DNA of 64,000 bases from Bryobacterales bacterium (GTDB lineage Bacteria > Acidobacteriota > Terriglobia > Bryobacterales > JACQDG01). The position numbers and the translations under genes are program-made. Of this stretch, positions 37,165-44,821 are shown in pieces (positions within the stretch are counted from its first letter, which is position 1; each line of letters begins with the position of its first letter). The DNA lies in NCBI GenBank assembly GCA_035652135.1, contig DASREK010000015.1, forward strand, positions 14,846 through 78,845, in the 5' to 3' direction. Below the pieces are notes generated by a model, which was not told where the DNA came from, did not search any database, and was given only the letters and a program-made list of their open reading frames with translations.

Positions 37165-38418
37165 TCACAGGTGAATGGGGCCGTCGCCATCCCCGCGGTT
37201 CAGATGCATGTTGGAAAGCGCTGGATCTAAATCGCTCAGCAACCCGGAAAGCTGCTTGGACATGAGCAGAAAGAAATTGGACGGCCCCACAAAAAACCCG
37301 GCCTTTTTCAGGCCGTCGCACCAAGCCGGATGGCTCTGGTTCGAAACCAACAAATCGACCCCGCGATGCTCCAGATTGTTCGCCGCGGCGGCTACTACCT
37401 GCGGCGCATCTTCGGGCAACGCCAGACAATCCACAATAGAGCCCACGCGCATATTGCCGAAATATTTGTTGCAGGACATGACCGTATCCAGCAAGACCGC
37501 CCATCCGATGGCGCGTGAAGCGGCGCAAATTTTCAAGCGGATGAACCTGGGATCGCTGGCCGGATAAAGGATGTTCAAGACCTCGGAATCTCGAACCGCA
37601 GTCATCGAATAGCGGCTGCGGCACATCCTCCAGATTTCGTCTGTCCAGGATGCGAACTCAGAAACCTCTTCCGCTAAGGGCAAGCCCTGGCGGGCGGTCT
37701 TGGCTTTGAGGAGCAACCGCACTGTCCGCGCTCCCAGCCAGCCCATACCCGAATAGGCGGCTGCATCCAGTGCGAGCCGTCTGGGCAATCCGGTTTTCAG
37801 GTATTCAATGTTCCGCAAGAACCGGAAGCCGTTCAGCACCTTGAAGAAGAAAGGAACAACTCTCCAAGTCCAGCCCATGGCGCGAAGCATACGGCTGATG
37901 TTGGCGTCGAGGCTTCCGATCCCGAGACAGTACAACAGAGGCATTCTCCGCAGCGCGTCATGGATGATTTTCGGACCCACCAACCCATACCGTTTGTCGG
38001 CAATTGCCTCAGAAATGGGCATCCGGCAGGCGGCGGCCGGCAAAAGACGGCCCGCGAAAGAGAACTCCTGGCGCTTGAGCGTGTAGGCTCCTCGCACAAA
38101 GCCATCCTGCACAACAACAAAAATTTCCTCGTAGATCTGTCTGTCACCCACTTTCGGCAACCAGTCAGGAGCTGGCCTGACGGGCAGCAAAAATGGCGCG
38201 CCGGCGCGGCGGATTCGCTCGTTGAATTCCGTGACCGCCCCTACGAGATCCTCGGTATAGGGCAGGACTCGCAGAGCCTCGCTGTTGACCTGGCTCGAAG
38301 ACCGATTGCCAGCAGCCGGTCCGCCATTTTCCAATGCCAATCCTCTTCCGTGTTTTTCCAACGGTAAATGGCCCATTACCACAGAGGTCCACGCGTCAGC
38401 CGAATGTGATGGCTCCAT
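37165..38418 (-). CDS. Double-domain GNAT-superfamily acyltransferase-like protein (FemAB-like architecture, tentative); first gene of the operon
   Basis: About 418 aa from ATG 38418 (MEPSHSA...). Its size and layout match the protein at 30661..31806 (an N-terminal acyltransferase-like half, and a second half with AIGWAVLLD...GSIVDCLALPEDAPQVV). The ORF-track extension to 38643 is Arg/Gly-rich nonsense and would swallow the promoter. Confidence 0.5.
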   Translation of the reverse strand: MEPSHSADAWTSVVMGHLPLEKHGRGLALENGGPAAGNRSSSQVNSEALRVLPYTEDLVGAVTEFNERIRRAGAPFLLPVRPAPDWLPKVGDRQIYEEIFVVVQDGFVRGAYTLKRQEFSFAGRLLPAAACRMPISEAIADKRYGLVGPKIIHDALRRMPLLYCLGIGSLDANISRMLRAMGWTWRVVPFFFKVLNGFRFLRNIEYLKTGLPRRLALDAAAYSGMGWLGARTVRLLLKAKTARQGLPLAEEVSEFASWTDEIWRMCRSRYSMTAVRDSEVLNILYPASDPRFIRLKICAASRAIGWAVLLDTVMSCNKYFGNMRVGSIVDCLALPEDAPQVVAAAANNLEHRGVDLLVSNQSHPAWCDGLKKAGFFVGPSNFFLLMSKQLSGLLSDLDPALSNMHLNRGDGDGPIHL

Positions 38419-38481
38419 CCCGTCCCCTTTTGCCGCGCGCCGGGCTCGGCCTGATCCGCCCCGCGTGCGCCGCACTCCGCC

Positions 38482-38497
38482 TGCAACGAAAGTACCA
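38482..38497 (-). promoter_or_regulatory. Sigma-54 (-24/-12) promoter candidate for the A-PCP operon
   Basis: The minus strand reads TGGTAC-TTTCG-TTGCA. GG and GC have the exact consensus spacing of TGGCAC-N5-TTGCW, with one mismatch in the -24 hexamer. The predicted TSS is near 38471, about 53 nt upstream of ATG 38418. Confidence 0.55.
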
Positions 38498-39019
38498 AAT
38501 CGCCGATAGTTACTAACAGTATTGGAAACCGGTCGCCGCAGAGAGCATTGCATCGCCGGCGCCCCCGGAAACCTTCTTGCCGGGAGCAGAAAGCTTCCAC
38601 ACTGAAGAGAATCTCCACTCCGCAGAGAGCGCCGCGCTTTCATATTTATGAACGGCCCGAATCCGGCGATTAAGGTGAAAGCCGGAGAGCGCTAAGGCGC
38701 TTTCCCAATAGGAAGTAGTACGCATAGCGGTTACAGTAACCCGTTGGGCAACGCAAGAGATTCTTGCCGTTGACTGGCCACGCATTGGTCTCCCGCACCG
38801 CCGCTCCTCTTCCTCTGCTCACGAGCTAAGGCGGCAAAGTTAGTTCGGCTCGTGCTCCTTTTACTGTGCGGCTCCAGCGTGGAGGGTGTGCCTTTTTTTG
38901 AAGGCTATGCGCCACAGGAACGTGTCTACGCTCCCGGATGATCCGACGACGCCCCAAGTTCCTCTCCCCCCAGATCAACGCCGGAATCAGCCCGACAAAT
39001 CCACTTTGTGAGGTAAAGA

Positions 39020-41818
39020 GTGAAGCCTTCAGTTTCACGAGTGACCGGTTTAGCAATAGCTGTCCCCTCTTTGTTGTTTTGTTGGCTGCTACTGCCCGGA
39101 CTGGCCGGCGCGCAGCCGGTAGTGTGGGTGGCTTCCGACATGGTTCGGGTGGGCGCATCGGATGCGCCGGGTTCCGGAACGCAAGCGCAGCTTTGGGCCG
39201 GGCGCGGCGAGTACGAAGCCTTTCAAATCATCATCCGGGCCCCGAGCGGAGGATTGAGTAACGTCAATGTCACCGTTTCTGACCTGAGCGGTCCCGGTGG
39301 TCAAACGATTCCTCGCAGCAGTTACACGCTCTATCGCGAGAAGTATGTGTACGTCAGCCCGGGCAGCCCTAACTGGGGCGGCTCGAACCAGCCGCTCGGA
39401 GCGGGCTGGTACCCAGACGCTCTGATCCCTTTCACCGACCCGGCAACCGGAGCGCCGCTGAGCGGGGCCTCGCTGCAAGCCGTTCCGTTCAATCTGGCAG
39501 GCAATACAAACCAGCCAATCTGGGTTGATCTCCTGGTGCCGCGCACCGCCCCGGCGGGCCAGTATAACGGCACGTTCACCGTCACCAGCTCGCAGGGCAG
39601 CGTGAGCGGCTCGGTAGTCCTGAACGTATGGAACTTCACATTGCCGCTGACCCCGTCCCTGCACTCCAGCTTTCTGTATTGGACGGCGGGCAGCCTGGCA
39701 GCGCAAGAAGAATTGCTCCGGCACAAGATCTCGCCTTTGGCCACCAGCCCGTCCAACCAGAGCCTGCTGATGAACAGCTACGGGCTGGGCAGCACGGGGC
39801 TGCCGTTCTGGAGCGGCGCGGACGTGAGCACGTGCAGTATGTCGCCGGCTCCGTCGGTGAGCCAATTCCAGGCTTCGGCCTCCGCGCAGCAGCCCGGATT
39901 GCTGCTCTACGATTACAGCGCCGACGAGATCGGCAATTGCTCGAACTTGATCACTACAATCAAGCAGTGGGCTTACAACATGCATCAGGCCGGAGTGAAA
40001 AACCTCATTACGATGTCTCCCAACCCGCAGCTTTACGACGACGGGTCGGGCACGGGCCGCTCGGCAGTGGACATCTGGACCATGCTGCCCATCATGTATG
40101 ACCAAAATGTCAGCGCGGTCAACTATGTGCTCCAGAAAGGCGACGCGGCCTGGTCGTACAACGCTCTGGTTCAGGACTCGTATTCGCCGAAATGGCTCAT
40201 AGATTTTGCGCCGATGAACTTCCGCATCCAGCCGGGCTTCATCAGCCAAGCCTTGGGACTCACCGGCATGCTCTATTGGCGCATCGACGACTGGTCGTCG
40301 GATCCCTGGAACCAGGTGAATAACACCGGCACGTTCAGCTCGAACAACTACCCTGGGGAGGGAATGCTGGTGTACCCGGGCCAGCAGGTCGGCATCAACG
40401 GCGTGGTCGCTTCCATGCGCCTCAAGTATCTCCGCGAAGGCGTCGAAGATTACGAGTACGTGCAGATGCTGAAGAACCTGGGTCAGGGAACCTGGGCTAT
40501 GAACCTGGTGAAGACCATCGCCTCGAGCTGGTCGAATTGGACCAGAGACCCGAACGCCCTGGCCTCGGTTCGCATGCAACTGGGGCAGCAGCTCCACTCT
40601 CTTTCCGGAGGCTCTCCAACCAGTTCGGGCGGCGGCTCCAGCGGAGGAACTACGGGCGGCACAGCGCCCGCGGCGCCGGCCAGCCCTTCGCCTGCTAACG
40701 GTGCGACAGGCGTCAGCACCAGCCCGACTCTTACGTGGTCTCCCAGTTCGGGGGCCGCTTCCTATGACGTATACTTCGGAACAGCCTCGAATCCTCCGTT
40801 GGCCGCCACTGTCGCGACGGCGAGCTATGCGCCGGGAACTCTCAGCAGCGGGACTACATATTTCTGGAAGGTGGTAGCCAAAAACTCCGTCGGCACGGCT
40901 GCCTCCTCGGTCTGGTCGTTTACGACCTCGGCCCCTGTGGTCAGCAGTTCGACGCCGGTCGCAGTTTCGGTAACTCCTTCCTCCGGCTCGGGAATGAGCG
41001 CGGTCTTTAGTCTGGTGTATTCTGACGCCAGCGGGGCCGCGGACATAGCCGGCGCTGGCGCTTTGATCAATGCCACGTTCAATGGGCAGGCCGCTTGCTG
41101 GTTTTACTACGATCGCGCCAGCAACCAGATCTCGCTCGCCAGCGACGATACGACTACTTGGACGGCAATGACACTCGGCTCGGGGAATTCACTGTCCAAC
41201 AGCCAATGCAGCATCAGCGGCAGCGGATCCAGCGCCGTCGCATCCGGAAGTAACCTGACGCTCAATGTGGCGGTGACCTTCCAGTCCGCTTTCGCCGGCT
41301 CGAAAACGACGTATCTATATGTCCAGAACAAGGCGGGTCAGTCGAACGGCTACCAGGCAAAGGGAACATGGACAGTTTCGTCCGCCCCCGTGCCTCCCGT
41401 AGCCGTCTCCGTTTCTCCCTCGTCGGGATCCGGATTTAGCAGCGTCTTTCAATTTATCTATTCCGACGGCAACGGCGCTTCCGATATCGCCGGCGCGGGG
41501 GCCTTGATCAACGGTAGCTTCAACGGGCAAGGCGCTTGCTGGTTTTACTACAACCGCGCCAGCAATCAGATCTCTCTCGCAAGCGACAGCACGGCAAGCT
41601 GGAGCGCCATCACCGTGGGATCCGGTGGAGTATTGAAAAACAGCCAGTGTACGATCGCCGGTGTTTCCGTCAGTGCAGCCGCGAGCAATTTGACCGTTAC
41701 TGTTCCCATCACGTTTCAAGCGAATTTTGCGGGATCCAAGGCGGTCTACATGTACGTGCAAGATAAAGAGGGCCAATCCAACAATTATCAAAACAAGGGG
41801 AACTGGATAGTCCCATAG
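39020..41818 (+). CDS. Secreted DUF4091 (GH123-like) glycosidase-like protein with a Gly/Ser linker, an Fn3-like domain and two copies of an uncharacterised ~147-aa domain
   Basis: Signal peptide ...LLLPGLAGAQP. The DUF4091-type body reads YEAFQIIIRAP...YREKYVYV...GWYPDALIPF...YDYSADEIGNC...YWRIDDWS...YPGEGMLVYPG...LREGVEDYEY. It is followed by SGGGSSGGTTGG and then PANGATGVSTSPTLTWSP...YDVYFGT...YFWKVVAKN. Confidence 0.8.
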   Translation: MKPSVSRVTGLAIAVPSLLFCWLLLPGLAGAQPVVWVASDMVRVGASDAPGSGTQAQLWAGRGEYEAFQIIIRAPSGGLSNVNVTVSDLSGPGGQTIPRSSYTLYREKYVYVSPGSPNWGGSNQPLGAGWYPDALIPFTDPATGAPLSGASLQAVPFNLAGNTNQPIWVDLLVPRTAPAGQYNGTFTVTSSQGSVSGSVVLNVWNFTLPLTPSLHSSFLYWTAGSLAAQEELLRHKISPLATSPSNQSLLMNSYGLGSTGLPFWSGADVSTCSMSPAPSVSQFQASASAQQPGLLLYDYSADEIGNCSNLITTIKQWAYNMHQAGVKNLITMSPNPQLYDDGSGTGRSAVDIWTMLPIMYDQNVSAVNYVLQKGDAAWSYNALVQDSYSPKWLIDFAPMNFRIQPGFISQALGLTGMLYWRIDDWSSDPWNQVNNTGTFSSNNYPGEGMLVYPGQQVGINGVVASMRLKYLREGVEDYEYVQMLKNLGQGTWAMNLVKTIASSWSNWTRDPNALASVRMQLGQQLHSLSGGSPTSSGGGSSGGTTGGTAPAAPASPSPANGATGVSTSPTLTWSPSSGAASYDVYFGTASNPPLAATVATASYAPGTLSSGTTYFWKVVAKNSVGTAASSVWSFTTSAPVVSSSTPVAVSVTPSSGSGMSAVFSLVYSDASGAADIAGAGALINATFNGQAACWFYYDRASNQISLASDDTTTWTAMTLGSGNSLSNSQCSISGSGSSAVASGSNLTLNVAVTFQSAFAGSKTTYLYVQNKAGQSNGYQAKGTWTVSSAPVPPVAVSVSPSSGSGFSSVFQFIYSDGNGASDIAGAGALINGSFNGQGACWFYYNRASNQISLASDSTASWSAITVGSGGVLKNSQCTIAGVSVSAAASNLTVTVPITFQANFAGSKAVYMYVQDKEGQSNNYQNKGNWIVP
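40952..41815 (+). repeat. Tandem duplication of a ~147-codon domain inside the DUF4091 gene (period 441 nt)
   Basis: Copy 1 is 40952-41392 and copy 2 is 41393-41815. The shared strings are PVAVSV.PSSGSG.S.VF...YSD..GA.DIAGAGALIN..FNGQ.ACWFYY.RASNQISLASD...W.A.T.GSG..L.NSQC.I...NLT..V..TFQ..FAGSK..Y.YVQ.K.GQSN.YQ.KG.W.V. By eye the copies are about 60% identical. Confidence 0.85.
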
Positions 41819-43503
41819 GCTAAGCGCTTTCCAGCCGACGCGCGGCCGCGCCTCGCAGGGGCGGCCGCGCCCTGCTGCGCCTGGAGTTGCTGGATCTTAT
41901 CTCCGAGCTGTCTGCGCGCTGCTTCGAGCGCATTTTTATCGCGGCCCCAGTTTTTCCAGTCAGGCCCTACGGACTTCGCTACCTGAAGGGCCCAATCGCC
42001 TTGCCCTAATCTCTTGAGGATCTCGACGTACTCGTAATCCTCGCTGCCTTCCCGTAGTTGCTTCAGCCGGATGGAGGGAACCACGCCGGAGACGCCCGCG
42101 GGCTGCCCCGGGTACACCAGCATTCCTTCGCCGGGGTAATTGCTGGAAGTAAAGACGCCTTCGTTATTGACCTGCGCCCACGGGTCGGATGACCATTTGT
42201 CCACGCGCCAATACAGAAGACCGGTAAGGCCGAGGCTTTGACTGATAAAACCGGCCTGGATACGGTAGTTGATCGGATCGTAATCCAGAAGCCACTTCGG
42301 GGAATACGAATCTTGCGCCAGGGCGTTGTAGGACCACACTTCGTCTCCTTTCGCAAGCGCTTCTGCGATCCGTTGCGGGGCGCTATCGTACGTTTTGGGC
42401 AGCACGACCCAGATATCCACGGCGGAGCGGCCCGTCCCCGAGCCGTCGTCGTAAAGGGCCGGATCCGGGGCCATCGTAATCAAATTGCGCACGCCGGCCT
42501 GATGCAGGTTGTTTCCCCACTGCCGAATCATCGGATAGAGGTTCGTGCAGGCTCCGATTTCATCCGCCGTATAGTTGAACAGGTTGAGGTCGGGAGCGTG
42601 CGCTGAGGCAGCCGCCTGAAGAGCGAGCGGGGAAGGCGGCGGCCGCATATTGCAATGGGAGGCATCGGCGCCGCTCCAGAAACCAAGATCCGTACTGGTC
42701 AAACCGAAGTTGGCAATCAGGGTTTGCTCGAGCGCCGCCAAACCTGTGCACGGATTCGCTCCGCAACTGCCCAATCGCTGCGGCATGATCCGGTGTTTGA
42801 TCAATTCCTCCCGGGCCTCGTTGGTCGTGGCGCTCCAAAGCGCAAAGCTCGATTTTAGCGACGGCTTCGCCGGCAGCTCGAAATTCCACACGGTCAGCTT
42901 GCAAGGAATGGCCGCGGAACCTTGATCGGCCGTGACCGTCACCGTGCCCGAATAATCGCCAGCGACCGCGTCACGTGGAACGTAAATATCGATCCAGAAC
43001 GGCTGGTTTTTCCCTCCATCAATGTTGACAGGCGCCGCCGGATACGCACCGCCGGCGGGCGGGGAGCCCGTTTTGGGATCCAAAAAAGGGACCAGCGCAT
43101 CCGGATACCAGCCCGGCCCGAGAGGCTGGTTCGATCCCTTCGCATTCGGGCTTCCCCGGTCCACATAGACATAGTGTTCCCGATACAGCGTGGCGTTATT
43201 GCTGGCTATGACTCGGCCATCGGCGGTTGTCAGGTCAGATATCGACACGCTCACGCCAGTCAAGCCGGATGGCGGCGCCTGGACAACGACTTGAAAAGGC
43301 TCATACTCCGCTTTGGCGGAAACTAATGCGGCTGACGCGTTGGGCCCGGGCGCATCCGCCAGCCCGATCCTGTCTAACCCAGTGGCGACCCAAACCGTGA
43401 GAGTGGACACAGTTTGTTCCGTGGCTTCAGGAACCGCTACGGCGATGCTGAGAGCGATCAACCGCAATATCAATCTGCCCAGAGGAAGGCTATAGTTGAT
43501 CAT
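41788..43503 (-). CDS. Secreted DUF4091 (GH123-like) glycosidase-like protein, catalytic-domain-only paralog
   Basis: It aligns along its whole length with residues ~30-560 of 39020..41818 (YEPFQVVVQAP, YREHYVYV, GWYPDALVPF, FNYTADEIGAC, YWRVDKWS, YPGEGMLVYPG, LREGSEDYEY). AGGAGG precedes the ATG. It is on the same strand as the polysaccharide operon and 145 nt downstream of it. Confidence 0.8.
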   Translation of the reverse strand: MINYSLPLGRLILRLIALSIAVAVPEATEQTVSTLTVWVATGLDRIGLADAPGPNASAALVSAKAEYEPFQVVVQAPPSGLTGVSVSISDLTTADGRVIASNNATLYREHYVYVDRGSPNAKGSNQPLGPGWYPDALVPFLDPKTGSPPAGGAYPAAPVNIDGGKNQPFWIDIYVPRDAVAGDYSGTVTVTADQGSAAIPCKLTVWNFELPAKPSLKSSFALWSATTNEAREELIKHRIMPQRLGSCGANPCTGLAALEQTLIANFGLTSTDLGFWSGADASHCNMRPPPSPLALQAAASAHAPDLNLFNYTADEIGACTNLYPMIRQWGNNLHQAGVRNLITMAPDPALYDDGSGTGRSAVDIWVVLPKTYDSAPQRIAEALAKGDEVWSYNALAQDSYSPKWLLDYDPINYRIQAGFISQSLGLTGLLYWRVDKWSSDPWAQVNNEGVFTSSNYPGEGMLVYPGQPAGVSGVVPSIRLKQLREGSEDYEYVEILKRLGQGDWALQVAKSVGPDWKNWGRDKNALEAARRQLGDKIQQLQAQQGAAAPARRGRASAGKRLAYGTIQFPLF

Positions 43504-43648
43504 TGCTTCCTCCTATGCGAGGAGGCCGGCGCCTCATAGGGGCTCCTGTTTCGGGGGGCGCGAGTGGATCGGCCCAGGACCGAACTTGTTTGCGCCGAAA
43601 GTTTTCTCCGGAGCTTTCACTTGAGAGGAAAGCGTTTCTTTCCATCTT

Positions 43649-44803
43649 TCAGCTCAGATTTTGCAGCCGCGGTTCATCTTCCAGATGCAGATTCACCGGA
43701 CCCGGCGCGCCTGTTTTGCCGGTGAGAGCGGCTCCTTCAGGGCCGCTCGATGGATTCATACAGAGCTCGCTGAGAGCCGGTGAAGGGGCAAGCGTTTCCG
43801 TATACAGAGCAGGGGCTGATATGCCGTTCCCCTTCTCCTGCGCCATGCGAGCCGCGAGTTCCGCCATGGTGAGGGTTTCAATGTCACCCGACTCCCGCGC
43901 CTTTAATATCCGCTCGAGAATGCCTTCAAAGACGGAAAACCCCTTCGGCGATTCGGCCAGATTCACCGGATGCAGACAGAAATGAAACACTCCATTATGG
44001 CGGATAGCGGCATCCAGCCCCCGCGCTACGCGCTCAATTCGGCTGCGGAGAACAACCAGACGGCTGCGCGACTCGCCGATTGGATAAAGAAACAGCGATG
44101 CCGGGATATTCCACAGGCCCGGCAGCGTCTCTTTGGGCCATACGGGTGGAGGCGTCGCCCGGCCTAATTCCTCCAGTATCCGCAGCAAGGAGCCGGGAAG
44201 CGTTCTGCCCAGCTTTTCGGAAAGCACGGGCGGGCGACCGCGGTAACAAAGAATGCCGTTAGACGCCAGAAGACCGTGGCAAGCTTCCTGATTCCGCGGG
44301 AAAGAGAACGAGACGGGCCGCACCCGGACTGCCTCCAAAGCCTCGATGCCACCGAAAAATTCCCGGCGGATTACTTCCGGCTTCGACCGCCAATCGGTCC
44401 AAATCAAATGCGTCAAGCCGCCGTGCAACCCGACGTCCTGTTTGGGGCGAGCCTCTGCCAAACGCTTGACAAAGGAACGCCGATACCAGAGCGCGGCGAT
44501 TCCTTCATCCCCCGGCGGAATGGAGCGAGTCCAGCGGGCGGGCAGGCCTAAGAGCCTGGGATCTCGCGGGCCGTCGCTTTCGGCAAGCGCCATACCGCCC
44601 ACCACCAGCCACGTCGCGCTCACGCCAGCCGAGCAAAGGACGCCCAAAAGGCGATCGTAAGCGGCCAGAGCGCTCGGATACCGTTCGCAGAACTGCTGCT
44701 CATTCAGAAGATCGAGATGTCCCCATATCTGCTCTGCATCGAGCGAAATGATCGCGACAGCGCGTTTCAGGCTTCTGTGAAAATTCTCATCGGGAGCTGG
44801 CAC
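43649..44803 (-). CDS. Polysaccharide deacetylase-family (CE4-like) protein
   Basis: AIISLDAEQIWGHLD...ATWLVVGGMAL...GLHGGLTH...FSFPRNQ has the layout of the divergent EPS-locus deacetylase subfamily. The NodB motifs are not canonical. Confidence 0.6.
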   Translation of the reverse strand: MPAPDENFHRSLKRAVAIISLDAEQIWGHLDLLNEQQFCERYPSALAAYDRLLGVLCSAGVSATWLVVGGMALAESDGPRDPRLLGLPARWTRSIPPGDEGIAALWYRRSFVKRLAEARPKQDVGLHGGLTHLIWTDWRSKPEVIRREFFGGIEALEAVRVRPVSFSFPRNQEACHGLLASNGILCYRGRPPVLSEKLGRTLPGSLLRILEELGRATPPPVWPKETLPGLWNIPASLFLYPIGESRSRLVVLRSRIERVARGLDAAIRHNGVFHFCLHPVNLAESPKGFSVFEGILERILKARESGDIETLTMAELAARMAQEKGNGISAPALYTETLAPSPALSELCMNPSSGPEGAALTGKTGAPGPVNLHLEDEPRLQNLS

Positions 44804-44821
44804 GATTTCACCCCATTTCTG

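Noticed and set aside
41840-41870. A perfect 10-bp GC palindrome (GCGCGGCCGC ... GCGGCCGCGC) after the stop of 39020..41818, considered as a bidirectional terminator.
   Set aside because: There is no U-tract on either strand, and it lies inside the open reading frame of the convergent gene (41788..43503). I keep it only as a note under the DUF4091 finding.
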